Below are positions 41,095 to 51,055 of a DNA stretch of 64,000 nucleotides, in pieces; the first letter of the stretch is position 1; each line of letters starts with the position of its first letter. The notes beneath the pieces are model-generated. The model was given only the letters and a program-made list of their open reading frames with translations, was not told the DNA's origin and did not search any database. Source of the stretch: Bdellovibrionota bacterium. GTDB taxonomy: Bacteria; Bdellovibrionota_C; UBA2361; CALJRW01. The stretch lies in the NCBI GenBank assembly GCA_041740355.1, contig JBGSMD010000015.1:32001-96000 (forward strand), read 5' to 3'. The position numbers and the translations under genes are program-made.

Positions 41095-41487
41095 CTATGT
41101 ACTAAATATAATTGCAATTAGACCAATGGACACAATCAAGATGCCGTGAAAGATCATTAATGTCTTTGAGAAGATAGAAGCAAATAGATGAGTTTTTAAA
41201 TCACTGGCATTCATACAAAAATCAATTTCATCGGGGTTCTTTGTTCTTACACGATTATAATGTTTGCGATACGCCCGCTCTAATGAAAGGAAATAACCAT
41301 CAAGCCCCCAAAAGACAATGGCAGGAATCAAGGCAAGTAATACAATTGAATTACTTGCACCCTTTTCCATTAATGCAATTAATGCCGAAATGATTACAAC
41401 ACTCCAACCTTTCAGTAAAAATGAATTGGTAGAAAGACGATTTACTACTCCTTGAATAAATTCTAAATGTTTAATTTTACTATCCAT
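41095..41487 (-). CDS. Small 3-TM membrane protein (HLEFIQ...NSFLLKGW family), candidate effector
   Basis: HLEFIQGVVNRLSTNSFLLKGWSV, FWGLDGYFL..ER.YR..Y; three hydrophobic helices; 10 bp upstream of the TIR gene. Confidence 0.8.
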   Translation of the reverse strand: MDSKIKHLEFIQGVVNRLSTNSFLLKGWSVVIISALIALMEKGASNSIVLLALIPAIVFWGLDGYFLSLERAYRKHYNRVRTKNPDEIDFCMNASDLKTHLFASIFSKTLMIFHGILIVSIGLIAIIFST

Positions 41488-41489
41488 AG

Positions 41490-42014
41490 CTAGTACTCAG
41501 CATTTAAAATTTCAAGTATTTCCTCTTTTGTGAATTCCATCGCCGTATTTTTAAATTTATGTAATCTTCTGTAAGTATCAACCATTGCTTTATATTTTTC
41601 TCTCATCTCACTGTGACTATTTAAATCAACATTTGGAGTCTGGCCAAACAAAGCTTTGTATTTCTTTTGAGTATTGATTACGAATTCGACAAAGCGGTAA
41701 TGATCCGTCTCGTTATTACCATCATAACCTTGAAATTTTGCATTGTAATGTTTTGTTACTTCCTGATCAGCAGGATTCTCCCTAATATGATTGTCAATAA
41801 CTTGAAATACTGTAAGTGTATCAAAAACCTCTTTAGAAACATCAAGGCTTAGGGTAGGTAATAACTCATAACCAACTGATTCGTAATAGACCTCATACCC
41901 ATCTGATAATATTTCAATATCTTGGTCATATTTTTCGGAATTCTTAGGATCTAGTGTTTTAAGAATTAAAAATTGGTTAATTAGTATTTTACGCTCTTGA
42001 TCTGAATAGGACAT
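41490..42014 (-). CDS. YfbU family protein
   Basis: ERKILINQF.IL..LDP, EILSDGYE..Y, FQGYDGNNE, NSH..M..KY..M. Confidence 0.85.
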   Translation of the reverse strand: MSYSDQERKILINQFLILKTLDPKNSEKYDQDIEILSDGYEVYYESVGYELLPTLSLDVSKEVFDTLTVFQVIDNHIRENPADQEVTKHYNAKFQGYDGNNETDHYRFVEFVINTQKKYKALFGQTPNVDLNSHSEMREKYKAMVDTYRRLHKFKNTAMEFTKEEILEILNAEY

Positions 42015-42346
42015 TTGATAATTTTTTAAAAAACAAAAGATGAATTTTTGAAGTAATCATCATCTTGAACATTTTCAAGTCCTTCAAATCATTAATTTTA
42101 AGAATATTGTTAAAAGTTTTGAATTTAGTAAATTTTGATTACTATCGGAAACTAGCATTAGATTAGATGTAGCGGTGTCAGGGCACTGACCTTAGAGATT
42201 TTACACCCCCCTCTCTTTAAATCTGGTAAATTAACTATTTAAATATAGAAAATCCTAGTTTATTTTTGAATTTTTGGAGATTAATCATAATATTTGTGAT
42301 AATCACTAGATTTGAATTTTTAAAAATCACCCCCGTACCCAACATT

Positions 42347-43180
42347 ATGTGCTTCTTTACTCCAGTTACAACTATCTTATCTAACTCTGATTTAATCGAA
42401 ATAATTGCCATATTTGTTGGAATTATTATCGTTATTTACCAAGTTGATAAGGGTTTTAAAGACAACCGTACTCTCCAAAATCAACAGTTTCAAAAACAAA
42501 TTCAAATTGATCTACATAAGATCCTAGGTGAGTTAATTTCCCTTTCCTCCAGTAGTTTATCTGAACTTAATGCCAAACTTTGGTTTCTACCTGTCAATAT
42601 TAAGAAATATGCGAATGATATCAAGGGCAATCAAAATGCTTTATTGCCCGATTTAAGCCCACATCAACTTAATGAACTTTATTATGAAGCAATCAGAACA
42701 ACTAGCCGTGTTGCGGATCTACTTGATGGGCATCAACTTACTAACAGTGCATATCCTGTCTTTAAAAAAATAATTTATATCAAAATAGATGAGGTAAGAA
42801 AATTTTACGCTAAATATTCCTCTGCTATCTTTGACTTTCTTCCATTTGATAAGACTATAGCGACGCCCACTGGAGAACTTGAGTCCATCAAGATAGTAAA
42901 AAACCACGCTAACGAGGTGCAATGCGAAAACATTGAGAAATTAACTAATGAGTTTATCCACCTAGTATTTGATTTACTAGGATACTTGTCGGATATTCAA
43001 ATTGAATCACAAAATATTGCACTTGGTGACCTTTTTGATCAATCCAAACTTGAATCTAGAATACCTAGTGACCCTTCGATATTAGTTCTCAAATCGGATC
43101 CTAAAACTTTACAGGAACTCAGTGACTATATAACTAAAGTCCAAGAAGAGCGAAAAGTAAAAAAGAACTCCCACACTTAA
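42347..43180 (+). CDS. Hypothetical protein with N-terminal TM and helical domain (island cargo)
   Basis: Single TM (IIAIFVGIIIVIY) followed by a Gln-rich helix; start uncertain (42266 or 42347). Confidence 0.6.
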   Translation: MCFFTPVTTILSNSDLIEIIAIFVGIIIVIYQVDKGFKDNRTLQNQQFQKQIQIDLHKILGELISLSSSSLSELNAKLWFLPVNIKKYANDIKGNQNALLPDLSPHQLNELYYEAIRTTSRVADLLDGHQLTNSAYPVFKKIIYIKIDEVRKFYAKYSSAIFDFLPFDKTIATPTGELESIKIVKNHANEVQCENIEKLTNEFIHLVFDLLGYLSDIQIESQNIALGDLFDQSKLESRIPSDPSILVLKSDPKTLQELSDYITKVQEERKVKKNSHT

Positions 43181-43376
43181 TTCGCCCGCATATTCTTTCA
43201 CTATCTTAGTGTTTAATAATGTTATGGTGTGATAATTTACTAATCTTTAATCGGCTAACTATATATAATCTCAGGCTTATTTTCTTTGTCCATAATATTT
43301 TCATAACTAATAATTAGATTATAAAATTCTAAAATCTCATTTTCGTATTGATTCCAACTTTCTAAGCTATAGTCCA

Positions 43377-44270
43377 CTATTTATGTCCTTCTAACCACCG
43401 CAGCAAACTCCATATTTGCCTAGTCAATCTACCTATAAATAATCCAAGGAAACCTAGCTTGGGCGTTGTCGTCGTTTCAATGATACATTCCAATGCTGCT
43501 TTTAGATCGCTTAGATACTCAGGTCTTAATAGCGAACCACCTAATCGAGGATTTATTTCAAAAATAACTATCTCACCCTGATCATTAAATTTATAATCAA
43601 TATTACAGGGACCAGAAAACAATAAAGGCTCAAGAAATCTTCTAGCTACTTTTAAAAAATTATCGGAGGTAGCAACCTTAAGCAATGTTTTCGGACTCTG
43701 CATATTATTTTTGTCCACAAGCTGATACTTATAAGTAACATCCCAAAGAATCTTACCATTCTTACAGATGCAATGTGTCACATACTCAATATTTCCAGGA
43801 ACAAATTTCTGTAAAATGAAAGGATGATTCAGAAAGGTTACATCCTTCAACTCCGTAGATAGATCTTCACTGGAAGAAACTAAACGAATTCCATACCCTG
43901 CATTTAAATTGGTACGTTTTAAAACACAAGGAAATTCTACTGCATTAAGATCTTTGTATTTTAGGGGACAATAACTTGTAAGCTTTTGGCGTTCGACATA
44001 ATTCGAAAATTGCAACTTGTCTCTTAAAATAGCCAATGCTCTTTCGCTTGGAATTAAGCAAAGGGATTTTTTTGGACAATCAAAGATATGATCTTCTAGT
44101 AAAGGAATTACAATTGTATTTTGATTAATCAAAGGAAATTCTTCTTTGCTAACAACGTGGACAACAGATTTATCCTTTTGCAGCAATTTCCACACTTCGG
44201 CATCAGCACCTAAAGCCTCCATCCAGTCTTGGCTATGCTTGCCAAATATAATTATGCTATTTAAATACAA
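43377..44270 (-). CDS. ATP-grasp domain protein
   Basis: DKLQF, FPCVLK...AGYGIRLV, ILQKFVPG, NIDYK, IFEINPRLGGS. Confidence 0.85.
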   Translation of the reverse strand: MYLNSIIIFGKHSQDWMEALGADAEVWKLLQKDKSVVHVVSKEEFPLINQNTIVIPLLEDHIFDCPKKSLCLIPSERALAILRDKLQFSNYVERQKLTSYCPLKYKDLNAVEFPCVLKRTNLNAGYGIRLVSSSEDLSTELKDVTFLNHPFILQKFVPGNIEYVTHCICKNGKILWDVTYKYQLVDKNNMQSPKTLLKVATSDNFLKVARRFLEPLLFSGPCNIDYKFNDQGEIVIFEINPRLGGSLLRPEYLSDLKAALECIIETTTTPKLGFLGLFIGRLTRQIWSLLRWLEGHK

Positions 44271-44593
44271 ATTAGTCCTTCAGTAAATATTGAGAGTCCA
44301 AAAACAATTTATCCTATTTAATTTTTACTAAATTTATTTTTTGTCATCACTAGATACTCCCTGAGAATGTCAAATACATACAAGTGGAGCAAGTATAAAA
44401 AGCTTTTTACGAATTGTAATCAAATTGATAACAAGGATTTTAGCTTTGAATAAATTCAAACATTTCCTGAGTATCTTTAGATAGATTTATATTATTTTAG
44501 AGTTGAAATAAAGAAATTATCTTAGGACAGGATTAATCAGATTTTCCTAAATTAAATAATAATCTTTAGTCCAAGCATCTTGATCTAAATCAA

Positions 44594-47500
44594 TTACTTA
44601 TTACTTATATGGTTATCCCACATATCTCTGACGAAAAATTCAATACCGTTACCGTCCCCTGAGTAGGGTCCATTTAAGTTTGGAGCAGGTCTATACTTTG
44701 GATAATACCTTTCGATAAAATATCTAAAATATGCCTCATGATTAACTTGGGCCCTTCCTCCCATCAATAAGATAGTTGCGACAGTTCCCGCGCCGCCTGC
44801 GCCATTAATAAATCTATAACCACTTCCACCTTCCCAAGCTGAAGAATTATCAGGATGTCCCGACCAACCATACTCCGGAAGTCCAATCATCTCATCAGTA
44901 TATGGAACACGACCTGGAGATCGAGCAGTATCAACGTCTTTTTTACTTATGAAAAAATGAAAAGTTAGATCTTGAAATGGAGACCCATTTTTTGCCTTGT
45001 TGTTAAGATCTGAATCATTTAGCAATCTTCCAGCGATGAACAATGGAAGTAATCTTCCAAGATTATGCCCACCATTAGGTGCCCAAACCATACCGTTTTG
45101 TAATAGTCCGTAGATGTCTATGCCCCACTGAACCATGTGAATAGCTAATTTTTCTTTTTGTTTATTAGATAAATTAGAGTTCAACATTAATCCAGCACCG
45201 CCCACTATCTGACCTACCTCACGCCCATAAGTTCGACGAGTATAACCACCAGACTTAGTTTCAGCCCATGCCGCTTTAAAGTTAGAATTAACATGCCCAG
45301 CCGCCACTTCAATCAATGGCCGTTTCGTTGCTTTCTCCAACCAAGACATTGAAGGTGCATTTGAGGGAACAGGAATAGTAAGGCTACGCAATGCTGAATA
45401 ATGAAGTTCTGAAACTTTCCAATTAGGTTTTATAGTTTTATCAGAGCCTGCATATGGCGGACGGAAACTACCAGCTGCTGGAGCAGAACCAAGAACTGTC
45501 AGAACAGCAGTTTCTTTAAACCAGGTCTTCTCTGCCTCTGGATCTAAGACATAGTTTCCATCTTTATTTACATGACCTTTCCAAGTATGAGGATTATTCA
45601 TGGTAGAATACACAGAACTTCCTGATGCTACTTTAATTGGTAACTGTAATGATATATTTTTGGTTAGATCATATTTTGGTAGATTTTCAGGATTTTTATC
45701 ATCTCCATTCAGATAAAGTCCCTGAGTTTCTGCCGGCATAAAATTTATCATAGATCCATTGCTGTAGTTGACCCCACCATCTCCAGTTTTTGGATCAATG
45801 TTGGTTATTTTTACTTTATTCTCATTCACTCCCTGTATTGGAGTCACCCAGTAGTCACCGTTCGCGAAGCGTCCGCAAGGATAAGCTCTGTCAAAATACC
45901 ATGTAATTCCGTACTGTGTAATTTTATCTGTAGTACCTGAGGGACAATAGTTCACTCCGCCATCAGGCTCACAGAAATCAAATTGATAAGTGCCACTCCA
46001 GTTTGTAAAGTTACCATTACTACAGCTTCTAGTTTGCTGCTCTGATTGACATGACTGCCCAGTAGGAACCTCAGATGTCAGATTCATAATCCTTCTCTCA
46101 ATTGTACCATTTGGCACAAGACCACATGATCCAACAGGAACTCTAGAAGCAGAACAGTTAGTGCTTGTTCCACCATCATTTCCATTACAGCTCCAAGAAA
46201 CTGATTGTCCAGCCGCAGGAAAATTTACTGAGACTGGCGATGCTGTCCCTTTGGCACAGAAGTTTCCACTAAATTGATTTTCTGTAGTTAAATATACTTT
46301 AGCATTTGTTCCACACGCTCCATTAATGGCACTGTTTGCTTGAGCAGTAAAAGAAATCAATGCCTGAGCACTGTAACTAGTGCCTACACTGTAATCAAAG
46401 CTACTTTTTTTTGCATGCACCCAAAATTCATATTTATGAGCATCTGTAATTGGAAACTTAAAGCTTGGACTTGAAGCTGAGTAATAAGTATCCCGAGATG
46501 TCGGATAGGCATCCACATAAACATAGTGTCCATTGGCACTGTAGCCATTATAAATAGCAGACGGCTGTGTTAAATCTTTAACTCGGATTAAATATCCAGC
46601 GGCTCCCTCAACAGCCGACCATTTAATTTCTACTTTCTGATCAAGATCAGATTTGTATGAAAACGACTGAATCACAGGAGCGGCAATTCCTCCAGCAATA
46701 CTAAAATTGGCTACTACCTCTTTGGTTCTGTTGACCTGAATCGAACAACTGAGCCCAGAGCAAGCTCCACCCCAACCTGAGAAAACCCAACCACTTGCGG
46801 GCTGAGCAATCAAGTTGACTGTAGTTGTCGAAGTAAAAGTTTCAGAACAATCAGCACCGCAATTAATACCTGTCCCACTAACTGTTCCATTTCCCTGTTT
46901 CTTGATATTCAAGGTTAAATTAGTTCCATTACAACCTTCTGCATAATATCCATTGCAACTTGCCGGTGGAGTTGGAGTCGCAGGGGGTGGTAATGTTGGG
47001 GATGATGTAGGAGTTAAAGTTGGAGTCGGAGTTGGAGTTGGAGAAGCATGGGCGTCAAAAATCACATCACTAACTTCGCTAAAGGTACTATTATCATTGC
47101 GATCATAAGTAGCTTTTCTAGCTCTGACCCAGAATCTATATTTTTTTGCGTCAGAAACGCTTAAATCGTAAGTAGTGTTTGTATAATTTTCTTCATATAG
47201 AAGATCTAGATCCTTGGCAGGATTAGTCTGATCAACAGCACCAATTAAATAACCGCTAGCTCCAGTTACATTTGCCCATTCAACCCTAATCTTTCCATTT
47301 ACAATTCTAGTGTTTGGATTTTTAATATTTGGAGCAGCTAGCCGACCTGTTTGAGTAAAATTAGCTACAACTGTCTTGTTAGAATTTAATATGATACTAC
47401 AGCTATTACCACTACAATCTCCGCCCCAACCAGAAAATAGATATCCTTCACTGGCAAATGCACTTAATACAACGCTCGTTCCCTTTACATAACTCTTGCT

Positions 47501-48295
47501 GCATTCAGTACCACAGCTAATCCCATTTCCACTTACTTTTCCAGATCCCTTTTTACTAACAGTGAGCTTATAGCTTAAAATATTGGTATCGGGTGTTGGT
47601 AGTGGCTTCACTGGCGATTCGGTATTTACCGAAGTATCTACGACTCTAAACTTAAAACTAATCTCTCTACCAGGGAAACCTAAACCTTTATCCTTGGTGT
47701 ATGGAGTTAATTTAATTTCATATTCTCCAATTGGTAATTTTCCGAGCACTACTTCATATGGAGACGCATCTAAGAGATAAACTCCTTTATTCAGTTCAAT
47801 TTTTATACTACCAATCTTAATCGGATACTTAACTACTAACTTTAAATCATTGCGATTAACGGAAACCGAGGTCCCTTCGCTTAGCACTTTAATAATTTGA
47901 CTATTAGCTACATCAACTAAACTGAAGATGCTTTCATTTTTATTTTCTGCTTCGACCTTAGCAGTTTTACATAATTGCTCTATTAAGTTCTTCTCTTTCT
48001 GAATCTTTTTGGCCTGCTTTACGTTGCCTTTGTTCTTTTGTATTTCAACTCTCTTGGTATATTGTTTACTTAAAGAATTAAACACATATCCTATTTCTTT
48101 TTCTTGTAAATTTCCAAAATGGATTTTTTCATTAATTTCATAACAATCATAATTCTTATCTTTAAAAATGATTGAGTACGTTTCATTTAGGACTTTTTCG
48201 TTGCTAATTACATAGTCCCTGCTAGGTATGCCTATCATTGCAAAGACATAGACAAAAAATAGTATAGATAAGATTAATTTTCTTGAATTTTTCAA
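44594..48295 (-). CDS. Large secreted multidomain protein: two divergent InlB-B/Flg_new-like repeats, two FN3-like domains, PT linker, Cys-rich modules and a C-terminal domain
   Basis: Signal sequence; repeated LTV.K.G.G.V.G.GI.CG..C...FSGWGG.C; W..V.GA.GY FN3-like strands; ITQYGITWYFD...GRFANGDYWV domain start. Confidence 0.8.
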   Translation of the reverse strand: MKNSRKLILSILFFVYVFAMIGIPSRDYVISNEKVLNETYSIIFKDKNYDCYEINEKIHFGNLQEKEIGYVFNSLSKQYTKRVEIQKNKGNVKQAKKIQKEKNLIEQLCKTAKVEAENKNESIFSLVDVANSQIIKVLSEGTSVSVNRNDLKLVVKYPIKIGSIKIELNKGVYLLDASPYEVVLGKLPIGEYEIKLTPYTKDKGLGFPGREISFKFRVVDTSVNTESPVKPLPTPDTNILSYKLTVSKKGSGKVSGNGISCGTECSKSYVKGTSVVLSAFASEGYLFSGWGGDCSGNSCSIILNSNKTVVANFTQTGRLAAPNIKNPNTRIVNGKIRVEWANVTGASGYLIGAVDQTNPAKDLDLLYEENYTNTTYDLSVSDAKKYRFWVRARKATYDRNDNSTFSEVSDVIFDAHASPTPTPTPTLTPTSSPTLPPPATPTPPASCNGYYAEGCNGTNLTLNIKKQGNGTVSGTGINCGADCSETFTSTTTVNLIAQPASGWVFSGWGGACSGLSCSIQVNRTKEVVANFSIAGGIAAPVIQSFSYKSDLDQKVEIKWSAVEGAAGYLIRVKDLTQPSAIYNGYSANGHYVYVDAYPTSRDTYYSASSPSFKFPITDAHKYEFWVHAKKSSFDYSVGTSYSAQALISFTAQANSAINGACGTNAKVYLTTENQFSGNFCAKGTASPVSVNFPAAGQSVSWSCNGNDGGTSTNCSASRVPVGSCGLVPNGTIERRIMNLTSEVPTGQSCQSEQQTRSCSNGNFTNWSGTYQFDFCEPDGGVNYCPSGTTDKITQYGITWYFDRAYPCGRFANGDYWVTPIQGVNENKVKITNIDPKTGDGGVNYSNGSMINFMPAETQGLYLNGDDKNPENLPKYDLTKNISLQLPIKVASGSSVYSTMNNPHTWKGHVNKDGNYVLDPEAEKTWFKETAVLTVLGSAPAAGSFRPPYAGSDKTIKPNWKVSELHYSALRSLTIPVPSNAPSMSWLEKATKRPLIEVAAGHVNSNFKAAWAETKSGGYTRRTYGREVGQIVGGAGLMLNSNLSNKQKEKLAIHMVQWGIDIYGLLQNGMVWAPNGGHNLGRLLPLFIAGRLLNDSDLNNKAKNGSPFQDLTFHFFISKKDVDTARSPGRVPYTDEMIGLPEYGWSGHPDNSSAWEGGSGYRFINGAGGAGTVATILLMGGRAQVNHEAYFRYFIERYYPKYRPAPNLNGPYSGDGNGIEFFVRDMWDNHISNK

Positions 48296-48534
48296 AACGC
48301 GTCATCCTGAAGATAGATGTAAACTTTAAGATGAACTAATGTTAATAAAAGTTTCAAGTATACAATCAAAGCCAGCAAAAGGAGAATCTAACCTAATTTG
48401 AATTCATATTTCGAGAAAATTATAAGAGCACACTCAGAATTACTGACCCAAAAAGGGGGTTTTCTATTTTAAAGCGAATAAATTAAATTTATAGGTAGAA
48501 ATTAGATCAATTCAAGATTAAAGGAATAAACATG

Positions 48535-49071
48535 CTATTTCCCCCTAACTTTCTCTAACACCATGGCTTCTCCATCAGGAGTAGTGATTAATCCAGCATT
48601 AACAAAACCAGCTTTTTGATATGATTTAATCGCACTTAAGTTTTTAGGCGATGGATCCGTAATAATTTTTTTGACACCTTTTTGTTCTAATAACCAATCA
48701 GTAAATACAACTAAGTATGAAGCACCAAGACCTTTGCCTAATAAAGACTCCTCACCAATCAGCAGATCAACACCAAGAGTCCCATCCTCTTCTTCTTCCC
48801 ACCAAGCACCGCCAACCTTATTGGCAATATAAACGCTAATGTAACCAATAAAATCTTGCTGCTGTTTTACAAAATATGCTCTTTCAGTATTTAAATGAAT
48901 TTTATGATCATATTTACCAATCACTTCCGACATAGAAACAGCTCCGTCCCAGAACTTCGCTACATGCGGAGTATTTAACCATCGATGCAATAGCTGATAA
49001 TGTTCAGGACGAACAACATGGAACTCATATTGGGATGTTATAATTTTATCTGGAAATAATTTAGTTGACAT
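48535..49071 (-). CDS. GNAT acetyltransferase, AAC(6')-like/Acetyltransf_8 type
   Basis: LHRWLN.PHV..FW, GVDLLIGE..LLGKGLG, TDPSPKN..AI..YQKAGF. Confidence 0.8.
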   Translation of the reverse strand: MSTKLFPDKIITSQYEFHVVRPEHYQLLHRWLNTPHVAKFWDGAVSMSEVIGKYDHKIHLNTERAYFVKQQQDFIGYISVYIANKVGGAWWEEEEDGTLGVDLLIGEESLLGKGLGASYLVVFTDWLLEQKGVKKIITDPSPKNLSAIKSYQKAGFVNAGLITTPDGEAMVLEKVRGK

Positions 49072-49350
49072 ATGTTTTAACCATTTGCTTCATACTACTA
49101 CTTTTTTGAAACAATAGTCGAAAAGTATGAGTTATTGCCAACTTAAATAGCTTTAATTAAGGATTAATTAGAATAAAAGTAAATTGTGATCATCAGTAGA
49201 AAGGGCTGCTACTCACTTAGGCACTCTTCACTCTTGTTCGTGATAAGCTTGAAACCATTAAAGATTTTAAGTCTGTCTATCTTGGATCCTACTGAAGTAT
49301 TTAATTATAAAAAAATGAAATTGCTAAATTGAAGCGATCTAAAAGTTTAA

Positions 49351-49866
49351 TTAGATTTCTTCTAATTTACCATTTTCAAATTGAAAAAAAGTAGTTTCAT
49401 CGATTTCATCAAGATTATTATCTAACCCATGAAACCTTCTGCTGCAAAGTAATTTGCCATCCTTACCGATCTCAGCTTTCCAATCATGACGATATTCTGC
49501 CCAAAGGCCTTCGCGCTGGAAAACCTTTGTGAAATTAATACCATTAGAATGAAGTTGGCTTAATAAACTTGCTAATAGGGCACCTGATTGATTTCCATTT
49601 AGGCTAGCGACAGCCTCTAGCGCAGCTGCTCTTGCTGTCACTATTGCGATTGGAATATCTATATTCATATGGCGTTGTGGAAAGTTAATCGCTCTTTCAT
49701 CTTTTGTCGCAACTATTGAAGCTATGCTCACCTCTTGAGGTAACAAGGCAACATGAGTTACTTCCTTTCCTTGTTCGCGAGAAGTTGCAATTACTAGTTT
49801 GCCTGCTTCAACTGGATATGTTTCGGTAGCAATTATTTGGATGCCCCGCTCGGATGTGACTGACAT
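49351..49866 (-). CDS. Hypothetical protein
   Basis: 171-aa ORF with ATG start; no motif recognised. Confidence 0.55.
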   Translation of the reverse strand: MSVTSERGIQIIATETYPVEAGKLVIATSREQGKEVTHVALLPQEVSIASIVATKDERAINFPQRHMNIDIPIAIVTARAAALEAVASLNGNQSGALLASLLSQLHSNGINFTKVFQREGLWAEYRHDWKAEIGKDGKLLCSRRFHGLDNNLDEIDETTFFQFENGKLEEI

Positions 49867-50033
49867 AAATTATAATTAAAAAATAAATTTCTAAAGTTAT
49901 GACGATCAAAAGCTGAAGATAGATTCAAAAAATTAAAGGAACTCTATTCTATTAATTAGAGCAAATTCTTAATAGTTAAGTATCTGTAAATACTGTTTTT
50001 GTTTAGAAATATCATTTAGGTTATATTGGCCAA

Positions 50034-51044
50034 ATGTCAGCACAACGTTTTATTCCAACAGCTAGTTCAGAGATTCTCCACTCAACATCATTGCCTACTC
50101 ATGATTTAGCAAAAGAAGCCCAGCGTCTTAATACAATCGCGCAAGACATTATTACTCCCGAGGAGCGGCTAATTCAATTAGCAAGCTTAGCTGACCGGAC
50201 GATATTATTAACTTCAGGGGGGCGTAATGCCCCTCAAAGTATTGCATATTTAGCTAAGGCAATTCAAAACTCACCCAAAGTAATAGCGGAACAACTAATT
50301 CAAATACCAATTGTTTTTTTAGATTTACAAAATCATCCTGTCGAAACCTATAAACTTTTATTAGATTTAAAACTTCGCTATCCTGATTTAAATTTTAGAC
50401 GATTTACCTATGACTTTGAGAATGATTCGGAATTAAAACAAGCTATTAATTTTCAAGTCGGTAGTCAGGTCATAATTCAGAACACAGAAGATCCCAGAAA
50501 AGGATTAAAAGAAAATCTGATTTCAGCCTTTTTTCAGCAAACAAAAATTCCTTTAATTTATAGTTTATTAATAGATGCTAATGTTGGACTTCCTAAAGCA
50601 GAATACATCATCGGCGGAAACAGGAGATCGCAATCTAAAAGTCGCAATACTTTACCGTTTGCCCAAGAAAGTTTTTATAAAGATCGTGGATTTATTCATG
50701 TTTATCCACTATTTGATCAAACTAATGCGCAAGTAACTCAACATGAGTCTCAAGCCATGCTACCTGTTCACCAACTTGATGCTAATAAATATCCTTCTGT
50801 TGGGATTTGGTATGAAATGTTTTCCGTTGATGAAGTTGATTTAGCTCAAAAAGCCTTAACAAAATCTAACCGTCCCGATGAATGTGGAATTCATCGTCCC
50901 CAGACTGAAATTCAACATATTCCAATCCGCGAAGTCACTGACTGGAGCGAAGAATTAAATATCGCCAAACGTTATCCAAATACTCATCAGTGGATGTTGG
51001 AAGAATTAGCTAAAATTGGTAGATACAATGATTTCCAAATTTAA
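50034..51044 (+). CDS. Divergent PAPS-reductase (CysH)-like protein
   Basis: IPIVFLD...PVETY, GNRRSQS.SR, VYPLFD, YPSVG and ECGIH; no Fe-S CC/CxxC cysteines. Confidence 0.7.
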   Translation: MSAQRFIPTASSEILHSTSLPTHDLAKEAQRLNTIAQDIITPEERLIQLASLADRTILLTSGGRNAPQSIAYLAKAIQNSPKVIAEQLIQIPIVFLDLQNHPVETYKLLLDLKLRYPDLNFRRFTYDFENDSELKQAINFQVGSQVIIQNTEDPRKGLKENLISAFFQQTKIPLIYSLLIDANVGLPKAEYIIGGNRRSQSKSRNTLPFAQESFYKDRGFIHVYPLFDQTNAQVTQHESQAMLPVHQLDANKYPSVGIWYEMFSVDEVDLAQKALTKSNRPDECGIHRPQTEIQHIPIREVTDWSEELNIAKRYPNTHQWMLEELAKIGRYNDFQI

Positions 51045-51055
51045 GTTCGAGAATA

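Larger units (their letters stand above)
37040..43180. mobile_element. tRNA-Ala-associated integrative island; right boundary not determined
   Basis: att-like tRNA fragment, serine recombinase, MerR- and XRE-type HTH genes, prophage-type membrane protein and defence-like cargo. Confidence 0.7.

Noticed and set aside
40581-41487. Calling the TIR locus canonical Thoeris (thsA-thsB)
   Set aside because: No SIR2/STALD, Macro or caspase effector is adjacent, so gene symbols were withheld.
42000-44600. Distal att site closing the recombinase island
   Set aside because: No further tRNA-Ala fragment was found by eye, so the right boundary is left undefined.
46965-47045. ggagtt/ggagtc tandem repeats resembling an array
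   Set aside because: They encode the Pro-Thr linker of the 1233-aa protein; not CRISPR or a non-coding repeat.
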